A stretch of 62,841 nucleotides of DNA from a virus (taxonomy: Duplodnaviria; Caudoviricetes). Each line of letters begins with the position of its first letter. Positions within the stretch are counted from its first letter, which is position 1. The position numbers and the translations under genes are program-made. The DNA lies in the IMG/VR virus record IMGVR_UViG_3300035181_001319, positions 1 to 62,841 of that record. The stretch is one strand, 5' to 3'. The notes under the pieces were generated by a model. It saw only the letters and a list, made by a program, of their open reading frames with translations. It had not been told where the DNA came from and searched no databases. Of this stretch, positions 7,784 to 16,629 are shown piece after piece.

Positions 7784-9994
7784 CTATTTCCTATATCTTT
7801 CGCCACGCCAGCCTTCGGCATCGACCGGACAACCTGCGGCCCATCCTGGAGTTTCAGAGATGAGCAATTCAAACTCCTTGACATTGCCCTTGTCTTTATC
7901 CACTTCAGCAATCAATTCATCATGGACTGACAGGAGCACGTCATAGACCCCAGTCTCATCTGCTCGAACCATGGCCAAGGCCATCAAGTCGCGTGCTGTA
8001 GCCTGGGTGATATTTTCCACAAGCTTTCCACCATAGGTGTCTTGCATACTCCACTTTTTGGTGTATGGGTCTACAGCCCAAAACGTAATGACTGGCTTGA
8101 GCACCGGAGCACCCGTGGAGTCCTTGAAAGGCGTCTTGCGAAGTACCAGCTTGGGATACCAGTAGTGAAGCGGCTTGCCAGAAGCCAAATAGGTGCGAAG
8201 GCAAGGCTGACCTCCAATGTCTTCAACAATCCATGAATTGCGACCGCGTTTGCATTCAATCATTTGGCCTGGATTACGAATGGCCTGCACAGCCCCTTCT
8301 TCTTGGTCACGCCACATTTGCTTGACCTCAGGATAGCGGGCCCGGTACCTGTTCACGGTGAACTGCATGAGTACTAGGCTGTGCATATTCTCCCGAATGC
8401 TTAATCCCGCGTCCCGCATCCTCTTGATGCGCTTCTTGTCAGTGAGGAAATACTTCTCAATCTTCTCAACAAGCACGTCGTATTCTGGGCCGACAATCTT
8501 GCGGCACTGCTCTGGCGAGAATTCAATGTCATACTTCTTGCAGGTGAGAAGGAAGGTCACAAAGCCCATTTCAAAGCCAAGGCCAAGAATAGCTTGCTTG
8601 CCAAATTGCCGCTCAACCGGGTGGTCTTTCTTTTTGACCTTAAACCCGTAAATGCCGGTGGCCATGTCACAGTAAATGTCTTCACCCGCCCGAAACACGT
8701 TCAAAGCAGTATCATCGCCAGCGAGCCAGAAAACCACTCGGGCTTCGATAGCTGCAAAGTCTGCCACAATCAAGTCACGGCCAAGTGTTGCTGTAAGGGC
8801 CCCGCGAAGGGCAAAGGATAGGTGCTCCATGACTTCGCCAAACAAGGCTCGGATGGCATCATAGTCTTCCTCAATGATCAGCTTGCATGCCAATTCCATG
8901 AGCTTGATGTCACCACGCGGAAAGTTGTGTGGTTGCACACCCTTGCCAGCCCATCTACCAGTGCCAGCACCGTGATACATCATCAAGTCCCGCAAGCGCC
9001 AGTCCTGGGCATCAGCCCGCTCCAGCATTGCCTCATACTTGGCAGTGGAAGACCGGTTGACTTCACGTATGATATTAATTGCGGCCAGTATTTCAGCGGG
9101 CAGTTTCTTCTCAGCAAACTTGTCAAGCGTTGCGGCCTGTGTGTCCGGAAGGGCTACGCCCTGGACGTTAACCCAGTCCTTGATCTTTGCGCGCTGAGAG
9201 GCGCTAAACCCCTCACGCTCTTCATCTGGAATGCCCATAATGTCTGCCAGTTCTTCGTTCATGGCAGAGATTTCCCGGTTTCGCATTCTCAGGGCGCTGT
9301 TGACCATGGTCAGGTCACACCGAATGCCCCGAAGGTTCATATCCTGGTCCATTTGCCAGATACGAAGCTCGCCAGGAGGCAGGTCAGGCAGAAGTTCAGA
9401 GAAGGCATGCTCTGTCTCCACATCATTCATGCAATAGACCCAATTGCGCTCAAAATCCTCCACACTTTCATGCCACAGGATATGGGTTTCAGGATCAATG
9501 CCAGCATTGAGCATAGCCGCCTTTTCAAGCTTCAAAGGCTTGCGAGGCTTGCAAAGCTTGCGCATGATTTTGTTGCCCTCCATGTCCTTTTCAACAGACA
9601 TGTTCAAGGCCTTGACCGCATTTTCAAGTGACCGCGGCAGGGAATAGTACGCGGCCTTGGCCGCCGAACAGCGCCACTGCTCACGGGCAATAGGATGCCA
9701 ACCCCACAAGGGAACCATGATGTTGGTCCACATGCAATACTCAAAAAAGCGGTTGTGAGCTTCAACTAGCATGCCTGAGTCGATTGCATCCATGAGGTCT
9801 TGAGGATATGGGCTCTCTTCAATGCCTAGGTGCGCATAGCCAGGATGCCACAGTTTGGTCTTGGCGTGGCTAATTTTATAGGCAAGACACAGGGGCTTTG
9901 TGGAGGAATGCTTTGAATACAACCAAGCGCCACGGCCAATATCACAAGCCGACCTTGACTCAAAGTCTATTGTTATTTTGGGTTCATTTGTCAT
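7784..9994 (-). CDS. polA: DNA polymerase, family A, with 3'-5' exonuclease domain
   Basis: IDFESRS (ExoI), TGRWAG, ADFAAIEARV (motif A), RQFGKQAILGLGF (motif B), VHDE (motif C). Confidence 0.95.
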   Translation of the reverse strand: MTNEPKITIDFESRSACDIGRGAWLYSKHSSTKPLCLAYKISHAKTKLWHPGYAHLGIEESPYPQDLMDAIDSGMLVEAHNRFFEYCMWTNIMVPLWGWHPIAREQWRCSAAKAAYYSLPRSLENAVKALNMSVEKDMEGNKIMRKLCKPRKPLKLEKAAMLNAGIDPETHILWHESVEDFERNWVYCMNDVETEHAFSELLPDLPPGELRIWQMDQDMNLRGIRCDLTMVNSALRMRNREISAMNEELADIMGIPDEEREGFSASQRAKIKDWVNVQGVALPDTQAATLDKFAEKKLPAEILAAINIIREVNRSSTAKYEAMLERADAQDWRLRDLMMYHGAGTGRWAGKGVQPHNFPRGDIKLMELACKLIIEEDYDAIRALFGEVMEHLSFALRGALTATLGRDLIVADFAAIEARVVFWLAGDDTALNVFRAGEDIYCDMATGIYGFKVKKKDHPVERQFGKQAILGLGFEMGFVTFLLTCKKYDIEFSPEQCRKIVGPEYDVLVEKIEKYFLTDKKRIKRMRDAGLSIRENMHSLVLMQFTVNRYRARYPEVKQMWRDQEEGAVQAIRNPGQMIECKRGRNSWIVEDIGGQPCLRTYLASGKPLHYWYPKLVLRKTPFKDSTGAPVLKPVITFWAVDPYTKKWSMQDTYGGKLVENITQATARDLMALAMVRADETGVYDVLLSVHDELIAEVDKDKGNVKEFELLISETPGWAAGCPVDAEGWRGERYRK

Positions 9995-10040
9995 GGCTTC
10001 AATATGCGAAAAGGGGTCCGGCTAAGGACCCCTCAACTTT

Positions 10041-10283
10041 TCAGGTACGTGGCCGGCGAACCTGGCGGTAGCGACGATCCGGCGGAACCTTGGGCATTGG
10101 CTTCATGTCACTGGCTTCAATCAGGTAGCGCTCGACCAGACTGTGCTGGTTGGAGTGCTCTGGGACGCGCCGAAAGCCATTGCCATTGGGTCGCAGGGCA
10201 ATCATGGCCATGGCATGATCAGCACGCAGGCGACAGGCTTCAGGACTGCGGTTCGTTTGGCTTAGATGCAATGGAATGTTCAT
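10041..10283 (-). CDS. hypothetical protein
   Basis: AGGAGG RBS and ATGA coupling. Confidence 0.55.
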   Translation of the reverse strand: MNIPLHLSQTNRSPEACRLRADHAMAMIALRPNGNGFRRVPEHSNQHSLVERYLIEASDMKPMPKVPPDRRYRQVRRPRT

Positions 10284-10576
10284 TTGGAAACCTCCTTAAG
10301 GTTCATACAGACTACTTCAAGGCCTTGCTCAGCACGACCATCAACTTTGGTAACTCTGTGCTCGACGTCCATGGATTCATCGTCAAAGCCTCTGTCGATA
10401 GTGACAACTGTGTAATGCCAACCGCGCAGCCAATAGGTCAATGCTACTTTGGCAGCGCCTTTGCTTGTGAAAAGCCGAGGCGGTAAATTAAAGCGGGGCT
10501 CGGAATAGGTGTAGCCCTTGTGGACTTCTGGAAGAAAAGCCCCGTCACTTGGCCGCTTGATTGCCCAGAACTTCAC
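10280..10576 (-). CDS. hypothetical protein
   Basis: AAGGAG RBS before the GTG at 10576; GTGA overlap with the upstream ORF. Confidence 0.55.
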   Translation of the reverse strand: MKFWAIKRPSDGAFLPEVHKGYTYSEPRFNLPPRLFTSKGAAKVALTYWLRGWHYTVVTIDRGFDDESMDVEHRVTKVDGRAEQGLEVVCMNLKEVSK

Positions 10577-10740
10577 TTCTTTTCTCCTTGCTTTAGCTTG
10601 AGCTGAATTGCAGGGTCCCATTTTGCAGGGAGAACAATCACAACTGCCACGATCAGGATTGCAAGCCAATCCCAGTTCATCTTGACACAGGCTACCATAA
10701 GGCAGCAAAGGCCAATTGCATACCAGCCAGGATACCGCAT
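10573..10740 (-). CDS. small membrane protein (55 aa, not in ORF track)
   Basis: MRYPGWYAIGLCCLMVACVKMNWDWLAILIVAVVIVLPAKWDP...; translationally coupled on both sides. Confidence 0.55.
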   Translation of the reverse strand: MRYPGWYAIGLCCLMVACVKMNWDWLAILIVAVVIVLPAKWDPAIQLKLKQGEKK

Positions 10741-10865
10741 CACATCTGCCCCTGGTTGTTGCGAGCGATGTAAAGAGCTTCCATGTGCTTGTGGAAAGAC
10801 TGCACAAAGTCTGCATTCTCACTTTCGCCATGGACTTTCACCAGACGGTAGGCAATCAAAGTCAT
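10740..10865 (-). CDS. small hypothetical protein (41 aa, not in ORF track)
   Basis: GGGAG RBS and ATGA overlap; MTLIAYRLVKVHGESENADF... Confidence 0.5.
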   Translation of the reverse strand: MTLIAYRLVKVHGESENADFVQSFHKHMEALYIARNNQGQM

Positions 10866-11281
10866 GCTGCTCTCCCTTTGTATTTGAATTTGCGCGTCTC
10901 GACTGCGCTCAATAGCTCCAGCTTGTGCAGCTTGCGAACTTGAATGCGGCCGTCAGCGTTGAAGAAAAAAGCCTGCGTTGGCCACTTGCTGAACACCTCG
11001 GAACCAAAGAGGCTATTGAGCCACTTGCGAGTAAACTCTACTTCCAAGTACCCTTCTTTCAAGTGATCGGCAACAGTCATTGCCCCGGCCGCTTCAGCTT
11101 GGCAAGGGATCATAGTGAAGCCACTTTGGTTTTGCTGAACACGAACAAACTTCACACAGCGTTCTACCCAGTAGTTCTTGAAGTCGCTATGAACGTGGAC
11201 AACAAGGCTGGGGGTGCCTTTTTTGGGTCTTGATCGCGCCACTCGAACGTCTGATGGTGACTCCATGCTTATTATTGCCAA
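10862..11281 (-). CDS. hypothetical protein
   Basis: AAGGAG RBS and TTG start, downstream of a promoter. Confidence 0.55.
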   Translation of the reverse strand: MAIISMESPSDVRVARSRPKKGTPSLVVHVHSDFKNYWVERCVKFVRVQQNQSGFTMIPCQAEAAGAMTVADHLKEGYLEVEFTRKWLNSLFGSEVFSKWPTQAFFFNADGRIQVRKLHKLELLSAVETRKFKYKGRAA

Positions 11282-11300
11282 CTTAAGCTCCTTTTATCTG

Positions 11301-11339
11301 GCCATGACTAAGTTTAGCATGTTGCTCAAAGCTTGTAAA
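11301..11339 (-). promoter_or_regulatory. sigma70-like promoter
   Basis: TTTACA-17-TAAACT followed by TAGTCATGGC. Confidence 0.7.
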
Positions 11340-11341
11340 GC

Positions 11342-11366
11342 AAAAAGCCCCGGTTTCCCGGGGCCT
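11342..11366 (-). terminator. Rho-independent terminator
   Basis: GCCCCGG-GAAA-CCGGGGC followed by TTTTT. Confidence 0.85.
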
Positions 11367-11376
11367 TACGCCTGCT

Positions 11377-11743
11377 TGGAGCAATCCGGGTGGAGTCGAA
11401 CCACCTCCATGTGAGGGCCTGAGACTGTCAGACCATGCCCTCATCACTTCTCCATTACCACTTGGCGGACTGCAAACTGGACTTAGGAGACTGCAGGTTT
11501 GCCGAGCTAGGCCCGGAACCAAAGCAGATGGCCATCTTGCTGACTTAAACCATGGCGAGGAGCTACCTCACTTGCACGTCAGAACCTTGGCAACCCGCAG
11601 TCACATAAATCCAGTTGGGGTTCTCTCTCCCCCGTCACCGCCTGTCAGCCGTCAGGCACGCGGTTCAGCCTTTTGCCCTACTGACTGGGCCGCTTGCTAG
11701 TCCGGTGTCACAAGCGGTAGTCCGTTAGTCCCGGACAGGCCCC
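11377..11743 (-). ncRNA. candidate structured ncRNA with a 3' tRNA-like module (11473-11377)
   Basis: T-arm GGTGG-TTCGACT-CCACC, D-like arm CCA-AGTGGTAA-TGG, 8-bp acceptor GCAGTCCG/CGGATTGC-T-CCA, many upstream hairpins, and a terminator immediately downstream. Confidence 0.55.
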
Positions 11744-11746
11744 TCT

Positions 11747-12469
11747 TCACACCAAGCGTTGGAACGCTGGATATGTCCGATATTCGCCAGTGATGGTCAT
11801 CTTCAGGTTCTCGCCATCACGGTGCCCGTCGAAGTTGGCAGGCATATCCGTGATCATGGCAACCAGAACCTTGCGCACATCATCTTCCGGCCAGCATGAG
11901 CGCAGCTTAGCCGCTTGGTCCGCCCGAACATAGCCGACGTGATGCCAACCCTTATCCTTGTAGTCCCACATCAGCACCATGACGGCGGTGACGTCAGCTT
12001 CATTGGTCGGTTCAGCTACGAGAAGGGCCATGTTGTGCTGTCGCTTGCGGGTCAGAACGTCCTGCGCCTTCTTTGGACGGAAGTGCTGACCGACCAGGTT
12101 GACAATCGTGTGCCCGTCTTTCAGGTCACGATGGTATTCCTGCCTAAAGTCCCAGCCGGCCGAGGTGATGACGTCCGCCGCCACTTCGCCAATGTTAGCC
12201 GGAACGGGCGTATGTTTGGTTTTGGGCCTGGCTTTCAGCATGCTTTGTGTGGGTTCCGCGACCGGCTCTTTGACAAGAGTCTTGAGAACTTCATCCCACG
12301 ACAAACCCATGGACGTACCAAAGCGCATGATTGCGGCGTCCAGTTCGGCAACGGCTTTCTCATGCTTCATGTTTTCCTGCCGCCGCATCTCCTGCACGAC
12401 GGCATTCAGGCCAAACTGGTTCACGACCCGCTCAACAACGACTTCGATCTTTGTTCCCGTAAAGTTCAT
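11747..12469 (-). CDS. HIRAN domain protein
   Basis: VNLVGQHFR...LVAEPTNEADVTAVMV...HVGYVRA; AGGAG RBS. Confidence 0.7.
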   Translation of the reverse strand: MNFTGTKIEVVVERVVNQFGLNAVVQEMRRQENMKHEKAVAELDAAIMRFGTSMGLSWDEVLKTLVKEPVAEPTQSMLKARPKTKHTPVPANIGEVAADVITSAGWDFRQEYHRDLKDGHTIVNLVGQHFRPKKAQDVLTRKRQHNMALLVAEPTNEADVTAVMVLMWDYKDKGWHHVGYVRADQAAKLRSCWPEDDVRKVLVAMITDMPANFDGHRDGENLKMTITGEYRTYPAFQRLV

Positions 12470-12500
12470 CTCTTTGCTCCTTAGATGTTCCTTGATATAA

Positions 12501-12701
12501 CTATGTGCTTTCAGGCTTGGGATCGGTGCCAACACTTTTGGACTTTTCAACCTCGAGCGCCTGCTGAAGCGCAACGTTCAGCTGTTTGGACTCGAAAAGC
12601 TCGATGGCCAACTGTTGAGCCCTTTGCAGCATGACCTGGATCATGGTATTGGCTTCTTGCAGGGCCACCTGCGCGTGAATTGGATTTGGTTGCGTTGTCA
12701 T
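12501..12701 (-). CDS. small coiled-coil protein
   Basis: GAGGAG RBS. Confidence 0.55.
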   Translation of the reverse strand: MTTQPNPIHAQVALQEANTMIQVMLQRAQQLAIELFESKQLNVALQQALEVEKSKSVGTDPKPEST

Positions 12702-12767
12702 ATTTTGCTCCTCTATACAAAGAGGCCCGCCAGAAGGCGGGCCTCAATGCTGCGTTCAAGTTGCTGA

Positions 12768-13334
12768 TCAAGCCAGAGGATCGACGCCGGCTTCGTCCAG
12801 CCACGACTCGTCGACTTCCTCGCCCCCGAAGTCGTCCGACGCATCGGTCCGCGAATCCAGGCGATCGCCGTCTTTGATCTTCTGGAGGTTCTGCAGGCCA
12901 AGTGCCACGCCCTTGCCCACGTTGTCATAGGCATAGGCAGTGACCGTCGCCCGGGCATAGCAGCCAGGGTAAAAGTCCTCGGGGTCGGTCAGCGGGGTGT
13001 TGTCAAGGAAGATGATGCCGGGGCGCATCTTGCTGGACAGGTTGGCAAAAATCTTGCCCTCGCCAAAGCCGGTCAGACCTTCTTTCTCGGCGCCGTCGCG
13101 GAAGGGTTTCTTGAAGTTGGCCGGCAATGCTGACAGCTTCTTTTTGAACTTTTCCACGGAAACCGAGTCGGCCAGTGCCATCATGGCATCCCACAGCGCT
13201 TTGTCTTTCGCCGTGAACTTTGCGGGTTCCCAGACCGCACAGACGCTGTACTTGGGTGCGCCACCTTCATAGCTGGAAGCTTCGAAGACAGACGGGAACG
13301 AAACCCGGAAAACCGGGGTCAACACTTTTGCCAT
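12768..13334 (-). CDS. single-stranded DNA-binding protein (DUF2815/T7 gp2.5-like)
   Basis: RVSFPSVF...PFRDG...FYPGCYARA...GVALGLQNLQKIKDGDRL, with an acidic tail. Confidence 0.85.
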   Translation of the reverse strand: MAKVLTPVFRVSFPSVFEASSYEGGAPKYSVCAVWEPAKFTAKDKALWDAMMALADSVSVEKFKKKLSALPANFKKPFRDGAEKEGLTGFGEGKIFANLSSKMRPGIIFLDNTPLTDPEDFYPGCYARATVTAYAYDNVGKGVALGLQNLQKIKDGDRLDSRTDASDDFGGEEVDESWLDEAGVDPLA

Positions 13335-13424
13335 TGCATATCTCCTTGCATGGACATTTTCACTAAGGGACGATCCGCCTTAGCGTAGTGGAAGCCTAGA
13401 CTTTTGCAGTCTAAGCCTATACCG

Positions 13425-14816
13425 TTATACGTCGCTCTCGTCCAGTGCGGCCAAGGCCTCATCCTTCGGGAAGTCTGCTGCAGGATCAATAATCACTTCA
13501 GCTCGAGGGTCAGACTCATGGGCCAGAGTGATACCACCCTGTCCTTTGGCTGCAATGGGCTCAATCTGCCAGTTTGTGTCATTGGTCAAGCGGTGACCAT
13601 TCACAAGCTGCTTGGCTTGACTGCTGATCTTTTCAACTACAGCCGGCGAGGCCAACTTGGGCTGGGTAAGGAAGTCTTTGGGGTCTGCACCGATTTCCAC
13701 CAAGCGCGCAACCACACCCTCTTCATCGAGGAGCCACTGCCGGTTTGCCCTCTTGCGGACAAGTTTGTGACCTGGCACCTTGACCCCTTGTTCTGCTAGA
13801 CGTTGGGCAAGAGCTTCAACAGCCCGATTACGGGCATCTAGCACAGGCACCCACAACAGCGCACGACCCAAAGACTCAACGCCCTTGGGTGCCGGCAAAG
13901 AAGCAGGCGGCTCCTCACTGAAGTCTGCAACAGCCTCACGCTCGGCCAGTCGGTGAAGAGACGGACAGACGGCCAGGGCCGGACAAAAAGCTGACTTGCA
14001 GTGCTCGCCTGGAACCAGGAACTTGTCTTGCCAATGCTCTTCTTTGCCCCGTTGTGTATACTGAGGATATTCATTGTAGGCTTCCATAACCACATCAGCT
14101 GCAAGGGCCAAAGTCTCACGGAATTCCAATAGTTCGTCCATGGAGCAGGTGAATCGACGGACGCCCCCCAACGGGTGCGGACACCTCGGCTGGACCACAA
14201 TGATTGTGACATGTGTGTGCGTGAAGTCATACTTGTGCGCGGCGCCCAGAGCATAGTAGAGCAACTGACTGTTGCCCTTGTGCTTGCCCGTTGCTTTGTC
14301 CACGACAGAGACCTCAACGGGCACTCCCTGGCCGTGCTTGTAGTCAATGACCACCAACTCTTCCAGGAATTGTGACAAGCTCACGTCGTTGGTGCCAAAC
14401 ATATTTGGCCGAACCCACGACAGGTCAAACTGGTGTTCAATCATCAGCTCGACTTCAGGACCCAGCCGTGCATGCTCGGTCCATACAGTCCGCAGCATAA
14501 CGTCGACCGCGTCCATCATGTCCAGATCAACCTCAAAGGCGTCTGGATCACGCTTTTGCTTGTTGATTGATCCGTCAAGGCTGATCCAATAGCCCCGGTA
14601 CAACCGTGACTCTTTCCTGCCTTCACGAAGACATTCCTCCACAAGGCTGTGGGCGGCGGTGCCGAGCTGGGCAAAGCTTGAAGACCCACGCTTCATGATC
14701 GCAGGCATGTCGTCGATGTAGCGCACTGACCCTGGGCAAGTCATCCAGCGTTTGGTCTGTGAGGCCGACAGCTTCGCATGGGCGCGGTCGGTTGGGTTGG
14801 ATTGTTCGGTGGCCAT
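13425..14816 (-). CDS. Cas4-like/DUF2800 PD-(D/E)xK exonuclease
   Basis: HAKLSAS..RWMTCPGS, GTAAH, GTND, IDYKHG, QL..YALG, HC..FCP. Confidence 0.85.
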   Translation of the reverse strand: MATEQSNPTDRAHAKLSASQTKRWMTCPGSVRYIDDMPAIMKRGSSSFAQLGTAAHSLVEECLREGRKESRLYRGYWISLDGSINKQKRDPDAFEVDLDMMDAVDVMLRTVWTEHARLGPEVELMIEHQFDLSWVRPNMFGTNDVSLSQFLEELVVIDYKHGQGVPVEVSVVDKATGKHKGNSQLLYYALGAAHKYDFTHTHVTIIVVQPRCPHPLGGVRRFTCSMDELLEFRETLALAADVVMEAYNEYPQYTQRGKEEHWQDKFLVPGEHCKSAFCPALAVCPSLHRLAEREAVADFSEEPPASLPAPKGVESLGRALLWVPVLDARNRAVEALAQRLAEQGVKVPGHKLVRKRANRQWLLDEEGVVARLVEIGADPKDFLTQPKLASPAVVEKISSQAKQLVNGHRLTNDTNWQIEPIAAKGQGGITLAHESDPRAEVIIDPAADFPKDEALAALDESDV

Positions 14817-15427
14817 CAGCAGGTTATCCTTGCAAAGTGTGGGCAGTCAGGAGCTTGACATACATATCCCATAACGCCGTCAAGCCGGATGCCACACTTT
14901 TTGCATGAAGCTGCCTGTGCCATGGTTTCTGGGTCCGTAAAGGGTCGGATCGCTGGCATATGTGGGACAAAGTCCTCGGCCATGCGGTGACGGAGCGTTT
15001 CAATCGGTGGTCCGCTCCAAATATCGTGTACGCACGCCGCTTCGACAGCTCCGGGCGCAGAAGCACCTAACTGTAAAGCTCCGAGCGCAATAAGCGCTCC
15101 AGACCCAATGGCAAAGAAGGGCGCAGTCAGTGGCCCACTCAAGTGGAATGAATTGTAGCCATACAGGGCAGTGCCGTCAGGCAGCACAACCAACAGGGTA
15201 AAGTCCTGGTCGACCGGAGCGAAGTTGGGGACTTTCTGGAGGTCTGCACCAGCCATATACCAATCCATGACGGCCTCTGCTTGACCAGGTTTGTTGGATG
15301 AACAACCCAGAAGCACGCCACCTTTTGTCTTGCGGATTTTTGACTTGATACCCAGAGTGGCATTGTAGCCTGCATATGCCCGGGAGTCAGCCGCAAGCTC
15401 TCCGTCCCTGTAACAAATGGTTGTCAT
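14816..15427 (-). CDS. HslV/proteasome-like Ntn peptidase with C-terminal Cys-rich extension
   Basis: N-terminal MTTICY...AADSR and FAIGSGA..ALGAL. Confidence 0.75.
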   Translation of the reverse strand: MTTICYRDGELAADSRAYAGYNATLGIKSKIRKTKGGVLLGCSSNKPGQAEAVMDWYMAGADLQKVPNFAPVDQDFTLLVVLPDGTALYGYNSFHLSGPLTAPFFAIGSGALIALGALQLGASAPGAVEAACVHDIWSGPPIETLRHRMAEDFVPHMPAIRPFTDPETMAQAASCKKCGIRLDGVMGYVCQAPDCPHFARITC

Positions 15428-15645
15428 GTCAGAATACCTATCGATGCAAGGAAAGTCACGCGAGCTTCTCTTGACGCCAGAAGTTCAGGACTGCAACAGG
15501 AGAAGTCTGGACAGCATTCCCCGTCGGAGCTCTTGAAGCCGGGGGCCGTAGCCCCCGGACTCCAAGGATTGTGCCAGGGCCGACCTGCAGCCCACTCCAA
15601 TAGCTGATACTTTGCAGCGGACGGATAGTCGGCAAAATCTGGCAT
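15424..15645 (-). CDS. small Cys-rich hypothetical protein
   Basis: ORF in operon; ECCPDFSCC. Confidence 0.55.
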   Translation of the reverse strand: MPDFADYPSAAKYQLLEWAAGRPWHNPWSPGATAPGFKSSDGECCPDFSCCSPELLASREARVTFLASIGILT

Positions 15646-15647
15646 GG

Positions 15648-16091
15648 TCAGCTGACCTTGGCCACGACTTCGTCGTACTGACTTTCCTTCAGCTCGTTCA
15701 AGTTGTCGGCACCGAAGGACTTCAGAACTTCCAGCATGGCCGGCGTTCCCTCGATTTCACGGAAGTTTTGCAGGGCCTTGCGAACATCGTCCTTGGTGGC
15801 TTTCACCACAGAAGCCGCAGCCGCAGCAGCGGCATCGGCCTCTGCCTTGACTTTGGCATCAGCATCAGCTTTGGTCTTGGCAGCGGTCAGCGCATCGGCT
15901 TTGGCTTTGGCAGCAGCGGCCGCATCAGCATCAGCTTTGGCTTTGGCTTTGGCAGCAGCGGCCGCATCGGCCTCAGCTTTGGCTTTGGCGACAGCGGCCA
16001 CGTCGGCAACAGCCACTTCGCTGAAAGTGCCTTGCGCTGCGATCTTTTCAAGGGCCGTGGCGATACGGCCGAGGTTTTCTTCGATGGACAT
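15648..16091 (-). CDS. Ala/Lys-rich linker protein with small helical C-terminal domain
   Basis: GGAG RBS; AKAKAEADAAAA repeats; ...LKSFGADNLNELKESQYDEVV. Confidence 0.7.
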   Translation of the reverse strand: MSIEENLGRIATALEKIAAQGTFSEVAVADVAAVAKAKAEADAAAAAKAKAKADADAAAAAKAKADALTAAKTKADADAKVKAEADAAAAAAASVVKATKDDVRKALQNFREIEGTPAMLEVLKSFGADNLNELKESQYDEVVAKVS

Positions 16092-16260
16092 TCAGTTGCT
16101 CCAGGGTTACGTTGCTTCAATACCTCATATGTGCATTGTCATAGAAGTCCAAGGTACCAACACTCTTTCCCCTTATGCATTGCATAACGGTGCTGTATGT
16201 TGAACTGTCTGACGTAAGGTCGGACGGTAACGGTTTCATGAACATAAGGGACTTTGTAAA

Positions 16261-16629
16261 GTGGCAGAAAAGGAATACGAGCTAGGAGGAGTTGGCCAGT
16301 ATCAGCGAGGTCCGCGAGTTCCTAAGACCCGCGAAACACGTGGGCAAGTGTCGGTTCGATTGCCTGCAGACCTCATTGAGTTTGGTGAAAAAGAGGCGCT
16401 TAGGCAGTCAGCCAAACCGCCTTTTAAGGCAGTCACCTTTTCACAAATTGTAAAGCAGGCCATGATCCACTTTCGTGAGACGAAAGCATCTGAGCCTGTG
16501 AAGCGTCGTCTGCCCTGCAACCAAGTGCAAATGTCTGATATGGCAGGGTGCATGACATGTGGCCTGCGCTGGGACATCAACGATCCTGAACCACCGGAAT
16601 GCCCGTACAAGAAAGGCACCAATACATGA
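16261..16629 (+). CDS. ribbon-helix-helix-like transcription regulator with Cys cluster
   Basis: QVSVRLPADLIEF...FSQIVKQAM; divergently transcribed and coupled to the primase gene. Confidence 0.6.
   Translation: MAEKEYELGGVGQYQRGPRVPKTRETRGQVSVRLPADLIEFGEKEALRQSAKPPFKAVTFSQIVKQAMIHFRETKASEPVKRRLPCNQVQMSDMAGCMTCGLRWDINDPEPPECPYKKGTNT

Noticed and set aside
11283-11522. 79-aa ORF
   Set aside because: It runs through the tRNA-like element, terminator and promoter, and has no RBS.
11377-11743. Canonical tmRNA or canonical tRNA
   Set aside because: There is no 7-nt anticodon loop. The GCAAAC-initiated frame (11502-11455, ANLQSPKSSLQSAKW) is too far 3' and lacks an AA-type end. The T-arm is not directly adjacent to a 7-bp GGGGC acceptor. 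Kept only as a novel candidate.
13425-14816. CRISPR-associated Cas4
   Set aside because: It is an ordinary phage DUF2800 nuclease in an SSB/PolA context, with no array.
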